A stretch of DNA of 64,000 nt, taken from assembly GCF_963853765.1 (NCBI RefSeq), contig NC_088857.1:48360001-48424000 (forward strand), given 5' to 3'. The DNA comes from Magallana gigas (Eukaryota). The notes under the pieces were generated by a model. It saw nothing but the letters and a program-made list of their open reading frames with translations. It was not told where the DNA came from and ran no database searches. Made by a program: the position numbers and the translations under genes. Shown here piece after piece: positions 34,128 to 48,200 of the stretch. How positions within the stretch are numbered: the first letter of the stretch is position 1; each line of letters begins with the position of its first letter.

Positions 34128-36020
34128 TATACCCAGCAGATGTGGAGTAATGGTAGAGGCACATACAAACAAAATACATGTATTCCTATCGTGCTTTCTG
34201 TGTTATTTATAACAATTATTAAAAATTATAACAACAATATCAAAAATATGTGTATTTTTATACGATTAGCCGGTTAATCGGTCGGAACGAATTTCGATTA
34301 ACCGATGAGCAATTCTGCAATCGATTGCCATCCCTACGAAAAAAAAATCATAATTAGATAGAAATAATTTATCATACAAATTAAACATTAAAAAAAATGA
34401 GTTAAAAAGTATTTATTGAAGTAAGCAAATACTTATAGAGAGCTTATAGACAAGTATTCAAGGGAAAAAATGGTAACTTAAAACTTCGAGTAAGACAGAT
34501 AATGATTCATGGTATAGAGAATTTCAGTAAGGCCCACTTTCCGTAGGTCGAATTCTCAGAAAGTAAGTATGAAAGAAAGTGACCAAGTAAGGAATTTTAT
34601 AAAGGAGTAAGTAAGTAGGTTAGTTTAGTCAGTAAGTTTATGAAAAAGGAAGGTACATGTGATTGAATTATTTGGCATATATTACTGACTTTGCAAGTAA
34701 ATAAAAAAGTAGGCACAGAATATAATCAGCGTACGTGTGTACAGTCGCTAATATACATATTCAAATTTAAATGACATTTTTTGTGAAATGTTGAGTTTGA
34801 AAAACAAGTTTTTGAACCAATAAAATGAAACATTCTCAATCACTCATTCTGACCTCGAAATAATTCGAGATTCAAATTCAAGAATAGATCATTCTCTAGC
34901 CCGAATTAACGGTTGTTTATATATATCATTTCCGTCATAAAAAGCGACTTATGCGTTCTGGATGGACTTGAGATAAACAATTACTATGCATATGTATAAA
35001 TAACCGTCACACATAGCATATCTCTATCTTTGAAGGAGTGTGCTGTTGTGTTGAATATAGAACAGACCGGTAGCATATTGAAGGTTATTGTGTATTCACA
35101 CAAAAAATTACTCAAATTCTTCAATAAGTGTATTAGTGCTAGGTTGTAAAATATAAATTTCCCGAAGCACCAACATTTAAATTGGATTTATGTTAGAAAT
35201 TCTAAGGTAAATGTTGGAATTTTCAACTTGGGTGGGCAAAGTCTTGAGACAGTAGCAATGGTGCTGTTATTTGGAGGGCCCCGCTTCTCGACCATTATGG
35301 TGCGTTTTACTTTGTTTTATTATAAAACAATGACGTATTTCATCTACTACAATTACTCAAGTTTTCTTGGCCTGTAAAGCACACGTTCATTATCACGTCA
35401 TGCGCTATCTCAACTGCAAAGGATCGCCAAATAAGAAAAAGATATTCTTTGATTCTACTAAATTTGATGTGATCTAATTTGTTCAATGTTATTAGAAAAA
35501 AAATTAATAATACGATTTATTCTTTAAAGGAAATCCATAAAAAGATAAAGTTTGTTTAGAAAAAAGAAGAAGAGAGACTTGCTCATCAAAAAGAGACCCC
35601 TCCCCCCAAATGTTTATCAATATTTCTGGTGTTTTCTCTGCAATAGAAGTGTGTAGTTTTGAAATAAATCTTAATGATTTTCAGTTTCTTATTTAACCAA
35701 ATGAAGTATATTCTCAACTTTTTACCGATCCTATATAATTTGTCAGTTGGTTTCTTTTGCAAATGTATTTCTAATCGGGAGTTTAACAGATTCGCGGACA
35801 AAACGCTCTAATCCATTGTTTTCAAACTGGCTACAAAATGCTTATTAGCATATTTTGCTTTCCTGCATGAATGAATTTGCGTAGAATGATCCTTTCAAGT
35901 ACAGAAAATCAACAAGCTGCGCCCGACAAAGCGATGTAAGAATGATTAATTAGCGGAAAATGACCCTATATTTCGCTCCTCTCAAGTAAAATGTCTTCAG
36001 TTGAAAAAAGTGCATCAACA

Positions 36021-38832
36021 ATGATAAAAGAAAAGCAATATTTTCTAATTTTTTGTTTTTTACTCTGGAATAATACTTTTGCTCAGAATGGTAAGAATGA
36101 CATACATATTTAAAAACAGAATTATATTTTATGTGCTGAGGTATTTTTTTTTTTATTATTTATTATTATTTAAAATGCGTATTTTTGATTGAATGAAATC
36201 GTTACTAAAAATAAAATTTCTCATTGTATTTTTTCTGCTTCTATTTTGCGTGTGTCTGTGGGATCATATCCTTACCTGAACCCTATCTATATATACTATT
36301 CATTTATAATTATCATATTCATCAACCTTTGGATAAACTATGCTGGTATGTCAAACAAATGAATAACAAAGTAAACAAATCTGACAATAATGTTTAGAGA
36401 TTTCTTGTTTTTTCTGGTGCCTATTTTTGAGGTTTTCTCATCGGAGACAAACCATTTTCTTAAATGTATCTGTATATAATTTTAAGATTGGAATAGAATT
36501 GGAATGAATAATGAATTTATAGTTTAAAAGATTGAATATTGTTAAACAAAAGCGCACTGTTGTTTTGATCTTTGACATTTTGTCGTGCATTACTTCACTG
36601 AATTGACGTAATACACCTGACAACTGTTATAAGGAGATTGAAAAGTGCTCTCTTCCAAATGGAAGACAGATTATAGAGAGATATAAAGACAGGCACAAAA
36701 ACAAAGACAGGCATCGATGAATGGAAACACAAACATAGACATAAACATAGAAATATACATACAAAGACACAATGGCGGACCAACATACAAAGACCCATGA
36801 CGGACCAATGAACACATTCCGCATATAAAAAAAAACGCATTGAAAGACATAGCGACAGACTGACAAAACAAGAGTAGGATAGTTTTTTTCTTCAATGAAA
36901 TAATATTCTCAGGAGAAAGGTCTTATAAAAATCTACATTTATCAAATTCCTTCATTAATCCGCTGTTTGAAAATGCATAGGACGTACTTAAGGAAATATA
37001 TTTACGTACTTGCTTTAAAACAAATTCACCAGAAAGTTGATTCACAAAAATATTAATCTAGATTCTGTTTGAAAACATTAATTCATCTCTGGTTTTGCAG
37101 AAGAACCCTCAGATTTAGCCGTTGTAGAGGCCCCGGTAGGGGATGACTCAAATCCTAAAAATATAGACATTGAACTGGATATTGGAACCAGGAATAAGAA
37201 GATACAGCTTCACCTCAAGAGAAACGATGATCTCAATATGGACGCCACTGTGTTTGTCCCCCGAGTGGATTCCACTGGGAAATCCGTGCTGGTCAAAGAA
37301 ATGGTTCCTGTTGACACGGTAGGTAACTCCGTCTTAAAAAACTGGCCTCATACACGTTCATGTTGATCAATTCCCCTTCCTCCGCCATTGTTAATCATTT
37401 TGGTGGCACCTAACTTCTTGTTCCTGTAATTATTTATACGTTTGAGTATTTGTCACCACAACGTGAATTAGGAAAGTTTGTTTACAGACTTCTCGAACCT
37501 TGGAAACAAATCAAGCGCTCGTCATTAGATACATGCACTGTTGGATTGTCCAACAGAGACACTGTTTTGATATTTATCATTTATTTACATATTGTGCAAC
37601 AAAGACACTGTTTTAATAATTATTATTTATTTACTTTGCATGTTATTATCTACAGAAAACGTCCTACTATCAAGATCCAAACCATGGTGCAGCCGTACAA
37701 ATGCAATGTGGGGAGTCGGCGGCAGGTGGGGAATGCGAGAGGACTTTGGTAAGGATGTAAGGGATCAATGATAGAAAACATTGGTTATGACGTAAGGGAT
37801 AAAAAATTCTTTGCAAGAAAAAAATTGCAAAGACAGAAAAGCTTTACTTTAATATCAAGTTATTTATCTATTTCAATATCAATGCATTCAATGCTATAGA
37901 ACATTAATAGAATTCATTTTAGACCATTTTGTAAAGAAAGAGAGGTTATTGTCTGACTTCCAGTTGTTCAATACGAGAATACATTGATATGACAGAGTTA
38001 CCGTGTGATTATCAAGGAATCCTCGCTAACGGACACTTTGAAGTGTACAAACATTTTAGTTACTGTTTCAGTACCAATTCAAAAAGGTACATGTATAAGG
38101 GCTAATGTATAGGTACTAGTACCGTAGGAAAAAAAAGAGGTCTTATTATCAATTCATTTATAGACAGAAAATCTTTAAGAAGGATTTAATTACTACATGT
38201 ATTTGCAAGAGAACATTAATAGTAACAGAAGGATTATTTTAAGAGTACCCATGTTTTTCTTGAAAAAGAATAAAATAAGTGTCAAAAAAGCTTTAGTACT
38301 AATGTACTACCTAAAATACTGCTAAGGATCAAGAGCCATTGTTATTGTATTCTTTGCAAGTGTACCAAAGCAGTGTATCAAAGACAACCGCGACTTATGG
38401 GAAGATTTGAAAACCTATATATTCTGTGTAAGAGAGGTGGATTAAGGATACATAGCTTTTTGTTTGGTAAAGCCAGAGGATAATAGTAAAGTATTATTGG
38501 AGAAAATTAACAAGGATACAAGGCTTGTTCATTTTTTAAAAGTAAAGCACAAGTAAGGTTATAAGATTATCGTTATGTCAAAGCACCAATGCAGACATTT
38601 CTTACAGGAGAACATCTTTTATTGTTTGATAATTTATTACTTTTAATCTATTACTTGCAAAGACCGACACTGTTAAACATTTAAAACAAGTTTATTGAAA
38701 TAAAAAATTAGATTTTACATAAAATTCATATAAAAACAAAGCGTTTTAAAGTAAAATTAGCCTGTCATCATTCCTTCAATTGGAAATCTTGGAGTGTCAC
38801 ACCCTGATGTATGAGTTTAATTTTCAAACGAA

Positions 38833-38880
<48 letters not shown>

Positions 38881-41800
38881 TTTAGATACAATCAGACAAC
38901 AGTTTGATAAATGGTGATATTTTAAATAATAAGTTATTTAAAAATAGAAATCCCTCCAATCGATATAATAATTATGAAACATAGGACCAAATACATATAT
39001 GGTTGCTGTGGTTACAATTTCAATTATATTTTTAAAGCATTTACAGAAAAACAGGGCTGTTTAGAGGTAGATATAGAACGTTGGTTTTGTGATTGATTAA
39101 GTGGTAAGCTCCTGTTTTTATCGATGCGTAATATCCTCGGCTCACAAATCTGTTACACCACGATAAATTATTCTCAACTAAAATATATGCAATACTAATT
39201 AAAAACCTTCTCTACACTGCATAGTAAAGAGTTCTAATTAATGGTACTTTTTCTTTATTTTGCCAACTGATTTGAAAAAGAATAAACTACAGTTGGTAGT
39301 CTATTAGCCATGCGGCTCATCAGTATTGCATACATATACAAAATATAACAAATATAAAAATATGCAAGGCACGCAAAATGCGAAGCCAGTAGGCACCAAA
39401 GAGTCTCTGCAGGGCATGTATTCTGTTACATCAACTATTTCATCATATATAAACAACATAAATATTATAAACATATAAAAATGTAATATATACGTTGATT
39501 TGATTATGGTAAAAGAATTTGAATAATTTTTTGTCTGATTTAGCTAAAGCAATGAATTTCTCAACAAATTTGCTTAAAAAGGATTATACAACTTATTGGT
39601 ATTATTAAACTAAATAATTGGACAATTTTGAACACAGATGATTTTTTGACATAGAAATACATAATAAATTTTGATCTGTATGAATTGTAAACTAGATAAA
39701 ATGAAAAACATCTCGAATATCATTATAATGTTGGCTTAAACACACTGGATATTTTTAAGCGTTAGAGCAAGGGTTGGTAACACAAAACTTAGAACAATAG
39801 CACTATAAAGCAAAAAAAAAAAGAAAAAAGAAAAAGAAAAGAAAAAGAAAAAAAACAAAACAATTATACTAGTCTTCTGTAAGTAAAAAATATCTTAAAT
39901 GCCATTATGATTAATGATTATTAAGAGAACATCTTCTTTTATTTCTACAATCTTTTAGACTCAATTTATAAGGAATACGATTCTGGTCTATACTTTGTAA
40001 TGCATCTTCTGAATTTCTGAGTCAAAGGTTGGAGTGAATACGACTGCATACAGTAATTATCAATCAAAAGTGAAAATATAACATTTTGATGAATTGCTAA
40101 TAACAGCAAACGATTCTTGATAATATACATATATATGATTTAAGCATATCTGATCCTCAGCAATGTTTTATAACTCATTATTTCTGGGATGTTAGATTTG
40201 GCTTACGTATTGGAAAATTTTGATAAGATCGGGGGAGGAGAGGGGGGATATGTACCCTACCTTCTCAGAGAACAGATACATTTTCTTTATAAATGGCCAT
40301 TAATGTAAAGAAAAAATATAATGAACAGTCCTATTCAACCTCCCTTCTTTTCCTTTGAAAAATGACAACACGTGTGCATTTCGATTGCAGGTTGGTTCTT
40401 TGTATGTTAGCGGGGAAGAGTTTGCTTTACAACCCCTTGATCAAGGAGCGAGGCGTAAGAGACAGGTGAAATTTAAGACTGACCGTAACGGCAAAAAGAA
40501 GACCACCGTCATGTATGGACTGTTCAAAAAGAAGAAGCCAAACATAGGAAAGAACTGGGAAATGAAGAAGGATGTGAAAGATTTCAAAGCGGCGTGGGAT
40601 GAAAGTAAGTTAGACTTTATGTAACAAGTAGAGAAAAGTAAGACTTATTGTAACAAGTAGAGAAAAGTAAGACTTATTGTAACAAGTAGAGAAAAGTAGG
40701 ACGTATTGTTACAAGTAGATAAAAGTAAGACTTATTGTTACAAGTAGATAAAAGTAAGACTTATTGTTACAAGTAGAGAAATGTAGGACGTATTGTTACA
40801 GGTAGAGAAATGTAGGACGTATTGTTACAGGTAGAGAAAAGTAGGACGTATTGTTACAGATCAAGGAAAGTAAGACTTATTGTTACAAGTAGAGAAAAGT
40901 AGGACGTATTGTTACAGATCAAGGAAAGTAAGACTTAGTGTTACAAGTAGAGGAAAGTAAGACTTATTGTTACTCAAATGATAGATCATATATTTCTCTT
41001 AAATTTTCAAAGATTGCATATCAATGATACATCGATGTATCAATCAATAAATCATTAACAACATAATAGTTCAATAAGAGAAGAATGTAATCGCTAAACT
41101 TTGAAAAAAAATGTTGGCTTAAGCACATTGAATATCTATCAGTGCTAAAGCAAGGGTTGGTTACACAAAAATTAGAACATTGGCAATTGTAATCAATTTA
41201 ACAAAAAAAAAAAAGAACTGGTAGTGTTGGTTTACTTGAAGGAAGAGACTCACGTTACTGCTAAACATCTCTCCTAGATTATGATTAAGTCAAACAGTTA
41301 AGAAATATGCACTGATTTCATTTGTTTCATGAATGTGATAGATTTTCTTAAAGTGTGAAACGATGTTTATTGTCGTTATTACAATTTTGAAAACAACATG
41401 TGTACATAAATCAACAATTAGCAGCCTTTGCAACAGGGTCAGTTGATATTTTAAGCTTATGAAAGTAATTTGTACACACTAGCTGAAATCTCACTAAGGA
41501 AAACTTTTATTGCTGGTTGTGTTTTAAATAAATAAAAACAAACAATACTCTCTTATGCCAGAGATATACGTCAAAATAAGTTAAACTATAAGTAGCTGGT
41601 AAAAAAAACCCACAGAAAAAGTTTCTAAGAGTAACACATGTTAGCACTGGCGTTATTACATACTGTACGACGAAGTGACTTCTGTTAAACATATTTATTT
41701 CAAAGAGGACTGTGTCTCTTGTCTGCAAAACAAAAAGAGTTATTTCCTTTTGATGCTTTTCTAATTAGTCAAAAAAGTCAGAAGCAAGAAACGGAGACCT

Positions 41801-42172
41801 GTCAGCAGAAAACCAACTTCCAGATTCTCCCAATCGTCTTGGAAAAAGGCCTCTAACGTCAAGGGTTTGACGTTTACTCCGCCCCCGATCGACCGTGACG
41901 CTGCTAACACCGGAAGTGAGAGCGATCCTTTGCAAGCTTTTACGGCTCTAAGCAGCAGGAACAAGAAAAAGCTTGTAGTTGATGCAACCGAGTCAAAGGT
42001 CCTAGGCGAGAGCATTGTAAACGGTCAAAGGCCTACAGCCTTTGCAACCGCAAAACAAAGATTGGTCGTGGCAACGGTGACGTCAGAGTACCAAGTTGGT
42101 ATCCTGATTGCCCTGGATTATGCAACTTATGAAAGGTTTGTTTCGTAAAATAGAAACTTTTTGACGCAGCAG

Positions 42173-42243
<71 letters not shown>

Positions 42244-45200
42244 CAAAACAAAAAGGGTAATTTCATCTTTATCATCTGCTTTGAATTGTCCATCGAACAA
42301 TCTATAATTGTAATTGTATCTTTATCACTTATTTTGAACTTATTATCAAAATATCCTTTTAAAAACAAAGGTTTTACAAAAAAGCAGCAGGTGCCACAGA
42401 AAATGAACGCGACACAAAGGCCAAACAAGATATTCGAGCTTACTTCTCTCAAGTAATCAACGGGGTACGTGTTTCAGTCTTTTGATATTAAATCATATGC
42501 TTTACAGCCTACGCTTCCCATGCTTGAAATGTTAATTGAACAAAAATATTAAGTTTGCAAAAAAGCTAGCTAAATATTATAATTGTTCTACATTGAAACA
42601 CTCTGAAGGCGCAATGAACTTTGATTTTGTGCGCAAATTACAGCATAATGCTTTAGATAAAATTTAGTTTTCACAAAGATCTATATTATTTTCCCTTAAG
42701 TAGATGGAATTTTGTAAAGAGGAAACCACCAAACAAATGTTTACTAATTTCAGTAACAGTATTGCCTTCAACGGCATGCTATAGGGCAGATCTATTGTTT
42801 TTGACCAGTCCAACCTTTATATTTCATCTCACATAATCATATATTTGTTTTGTTTTATTTTGTTTCTGTTTTTGAACTTACATCTTATTGTTTTATTGCA
42901 GGTTGCTCTGAGATATAAAACCATACAAGCAGAATTTTCATTAAACATTGTGGTCACTGGTTTCATCATTGTAGATGTAAGTATATATATAAACAAGATG
43001 TATTTCTGAGTAGTACCTTTGACTCAGGTGGATATTGTGTTTTCTGGTTTGTTACCAAAGCGTTAAAACAAGACTGTATATATATTAATCAATAAAATGT
43101 GCATTCATAAAGTTACCCAATAACTAGTTACTTTGGTCATCTGATTATTTTTTTTAAGAGGAAAACCCACTACATTCAATTTGATAAAAAAAAATATGTT
43201 GTGTCTTTTGATTATACTTTTGATTGCTTTAAATGGAAAATTGGCAATGCAATCATTGCAACGTAAAGTTCAATATCATATTTTGCAACGTATTTGCAAG
43301 GTAAAATTCAATATCATACTCTCCGATTTTCACGAATTATTTTGAAAAAAATAATACGGCTCTATAAATATTTCAAGGAGAAAGAATAATTAATGTTTTG
43401 TCTTTGTTTGAATCAAAGTTGTACAGTCGAATATATTTCAAGGAAGACATATGCATGAAGATCATATTAAACTAATTAGTTTGATGACGTATTATAATTA
43501 TGTAATATTAGGGTAATGTAATAGCGGTATCAGTGCTATTTTGGTGAAATAAACGCAAATGGCGACAAAGCTAAGCTTCGCTGTGCCTATATGTACACAG
43601 TCATAATGTCAAACCTCAAAGATTTCACCCTACATTGGTTATTATAGAATAACATTGAGTCAAAACACGATATAGTAACCTTGACAGAAAAAACAAAAAT
43701 AATGATATCATTTTCTAACTAATTTTCTGTCTTTGCAGACTAACGATTATCCCTGCTTCACATGCGGAAAAGTTAAGAACGTGTTCGATGACACACTCCG
43801 GGACCTGACCGATATCGAGTCCTCCCTCAAGAACATCACAGAGTTCCGACAGAAGACGCAGCTACCCGAACACGACCATCTTATGATGTTCACAGAGTAA
43901 TTACATTTAACCTCATTACCCGTATTCTATTTAAGTCATAGAAGAGAGAGAGAGAGAGAGAGTTTGTCTATTCAGTTGAAAAACCAGTTATTGTTGCGAT
44001 TAACGATAAGTTTAGTATATATTTGAAAATGTGCTCAATAACATTATCGTTGTCTTGTCTTCTGTAGCTTGGATCTTTACTACAGTCCTAGCAAGAACAA
44101 CTACCAAACCGATGTTACAGGTAAAGTTAACATTTGTAAACTATGACAGTAACCTTTGTTATGGAGGCTGGATCGTCAACATATTAACCATTATATCTAC
44201 CTTAAGTTATAATTATTAGATATTATCTTTAAAGCTATAAAGTATTAACTGGTTAAGAAAAATTCCATATATTTTAGCTTTGAAATTTGAATATTTTCCT
44301 ATATCTGTGTACAATGCTCTTCATCATTAGGAAAACAATATTGTTCAAAAAGGCGACGGCCATCCAACGCTTTTAAGATTACGATAAGAACTAAATATAA
44401 AAATCATTTGAGGGAGAACTTCATCGTCGCGTACAGTCCTGATCATTATCAATCTTGCTCGCATTTATTTAACGTATCTTGCTAGAGTAGGCCACAGAAA
44501 TTACCCCTGACGTATTAGAAAATATAGTTGGTTTACAGTATTAGATTTTAGATTTTTTATATCATAACTTGATAAAAATAGCAAGAGATGTTTATTTTAC
44601 ATCCTTGATTTTCATTAAGGTTTCGCATACGTTGGTGCTTTGTGCACACAAGCCAGTACCTCCGTTATTGAAGATTTTGGAAATTTCGAGAGCGTGTTTA
44701 CAGCTGCGCATGAACTTGGACACAGGTAAAAGCCTAGATCATCAAAAACGTTACAAACAACTTAACAAAAGGATGTCTTTATATTCATTATACAGACCAT
44801 ATTTACTAAAATTCTTCCTAATTATTAAGTTAAAAAATTGTTGGTGAAGCGAGTAGTATATCGTATGGGTCTATTGTTATTCCAGTCTAGGGGCACAGCA
44901 TGACGGTTACGGGAACACCTGTTCGGAGATGGACCAGTACCTGTTAACAGCGGTGTCCGGTCAGACCACGGAAACAACCAAACGCAACCCCTGGAAATTC
45001 TCCTCTTGCTCTATTAATTATTTCAGAAACTATATTGCCAATATGTAAGTACAGTAAAACACGGTCATAGCGAACACGCTTATAATGAATTGACGCTTAC
45101 AGCGAAGTGATTTTCATTCCCCGTAACTTTATTACATGTTGTAAACTTGACGGATACGCTTATAACGAAGTAAAATTGCCCGTCCCGGGGACTTTGTTTC

Positions 45201-48200
45201 AAGCGTCTTTTTTTTTTTACATTTACTTTGACAACAATAAAAGCTCTTTGTTAGTTTTAAAGATAAACCTACTTTAAACTTTATTTTTTGGAATCCCCCA
45301 TAAGGAAATATCCTGTTTTTAAGATTAATGAATCTGTTTGCTGAAAATCTCATTCAGAGTTAAAAGTGATGGAAGAGGTCATTTTTTTTTAAAAGTACGG
45401 AATTTTTTAGTTACAGTAGAGTTACGAAAGAGTTTAACAGTCCTTCATTATTATTCAAATCCTTCACATTTCCAAAATTTTTAGAGCGAATCAAAGATAA
45501 GGTCTTCTAAAATTTTTACTTTTCATTTCGTATATTCATGCAAACTCCGCTTGGGCACAACAGCGCGCCATTAGCGTACATGTATATTGTTTGATAATTG
45601 ATGTAGATATAGACCTATACACTCACGGACAAATACGCAACGTCTGTAGACTATGGTATAGATTCTCCGTTTAAGGAATAATTCCTCTGCATAGCCTGAG
45701 GTCAGTAGATGTACTTATCGCTTGTATGCTGTAGAAAAGTATCTGTAAGTATCAAAGCATGATAATGAAAAAAATCTATATTTCTGAATACAGAAGCAGT
45801 GATAGCTCCTCCGTCAAAAACTGTCTCACGGACGAAGCATTCCTTTACGACGCGGAGGAATTCAAACAAAATATTGGCACACACCCAGGGCAACTCTCTC
45901 ATCCTAATGAGCAATGTAAAGCCACTGTTGGACCCCGGTCTTACTACGGATGGGTGAGTCTGATTTATTCTTTTTGCTATTACACATCTGATTAAAACCA
46001 ATTTTATTATAATTTGAACACTACTGATGAGAAAGTATGATGGATTATTTTGTTGCAGGGTGGCGCTTTAAAAACGTTTGATGACATCTGTACTTCGATG
46101 GCTTGCAATACAGGGGAAGGAGCATCGTTGTTTGTATTTGGAATAGCGTACAGGGGAACTTCCTGTGGAGACAAAAAGGTATAACTAGGGTTATATGTAT
46201 AATAATATTCATTGGTTTTCAACGTCGTTGAATTGCGTTTCAATCTAAGATGATCAAGGTACGTTTATGAACCAATTAACTACTGGAATATACTTTATTT
46301 GTACATTTGTATTTTAGTGGTGTATAGAAGGCCAGTGTGTATATGACCCACAGGCTCCAGCGAAAAACGGTGAGTCCTTGTTCAATGCAAATGTCATCAG
46401 TCTAGACGGGACTCCCAAAACGGAGTTAACTCCCAAAACGGAGTCTTTGGCTCCATCATGCATTGCGGTAAAATGGCGTTTCTAATGTAAACAACGTGCG
46501 AGTTATGCCCCTTAGTTCTAAATAAATCTCTAAATTTGGCCAAAAACACGATAAAAATTAAATCTAAACTTTCAAAAACATATCTGAACGTTTATGTGTC
46601 ATATTAATGTCATATGTTCATAACCGTTTACTTGTATTACGTAAGATTAATTTTTAAAATGAAAAATTCACCCAAAACTTTGACCACGCACAACTATAGC
46701 TGTTTTGAAATTAATTTAACGCTTGGGTATGTTGATTTATCATTGTTTGTTAAAAGTATAGTCTCATTTTAATCTTTTTCATGCTAAATTATCCAATTAT
46801 CTTGAATAATTATGTATTTAACATGGTTTCCTAACATCGCGAATGCCGCGAACAATTATTACTGTTTTGATGATAATTATCAGTTCAATTTAAAGCTATA
46901 CACGCTATAATTTACGTCAATTTTGAATGACAGTGAAAACGCATGTGTTTGTCTACTTATAAAAGTTATCCTTAATCTGTAAATTACAATGGTGAATTCC
47001 ATCTCGTTACAAAGATATAGATTGTTAATTGTTTATTTTCCTGCCAGGAAAATATACCTTTTCATGAATATTGATGAAGGAAGAGCGAAACCGACCTCAT
47101 TGCGCATGTCCGCGGAGAACTTGGTGGTCGTTATTGTTTGCCTAATTAAATATCCAACTTGATTTTTAATATGCTTAACATTTGTTAATTTGAAATGCAT
47201 ACATGTATAATGAGTAAAATACGTTTGTCATTCACGATACCCTTACTTCTGCATTAACACTTATAGGATCTATAAATAGCACATAGGGGAAAAACACAGG
47301 TCTACGTCATCTTTTTAAAGGAAGTATTGATATTTACTCACAGGCTTGTATTTTTTTCTTTTGTTTGTACTCGTGTATCGGACAAATTCATGCTTTACTG
47401 AAAATATCCTTTCCTTTGTGAAACTATCACAATTATGAAGATGTTGACCCTTCACCAGTTTTGGTATGATAGGCTAAATTAAGCTGTCGATATCACGTGA
47501 TAGATTGATATTCACGAGGAGGCATTACTTTCCTGGCAGGAAAATAAATAGTTTTTATTGTTTATTATTTGATATATTTGTTACGTGATCGAATTGAGCA
47601 CTATAATTAACAGAATAAAGGTAACTTTTATTAGTAATCAAACACATACATTTTCCCCTTTATTCAAAATTGACGCAAATTATAGCGTGTATAGCTTTAA
47701 AGAGTTATTGAATCTAGAGTGATAATTCGTTTCATTTTCTGGGCTTTTATACAACAAATTCTATTTTTTAAATACCAAAAAGACGTTTTTAATCATCGCT
47801 AGAGCACCCATGTTTTTGTTAGTAATCGAAGCTTTTTTCGTTTACGCACTTATCAATTTGTATGTTTGGTGATTTTAAATTGTAACACAATATGAAAGAA
47901 GTAAAATTTAATGCAATTTACCTTTTATCAACGATTAAATTCCATGAAAAACACAAAAATATAACTTTTTAAGCATCGTCCAAACGTCCAACTTCGAAGA
48001 GAAATAACTTTCTTAAGTGCAAATAAACCCCTATTTCGTGCAAATACGATCGATAGTAAATTACATCCTGGGTCTTTTAAAACATGTTAGACGTCTGCCA
48101 ACACATGCAGCACTTTGCAAGACGATTTTTTGTTGACCCCATGTTTTCACCGAAAAATCGCCATATTTTGTACCAGTGCGCATGCGTAGACTCCCAAAAC

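Noticed and set aside
34420-34640. Cluster of about seven GTAAG motifs in intergenic DNA
   Set aside because: No acceptor or exon partners and no clear periodicity; likely low-complexity purine-rich sequence.
36595-36895. Overlapping hydrophobic minus-strand ORFs
   Set aside because: Derived from low-complexity ACAT/AGAC-rich sequence in intron 1 of the protease.
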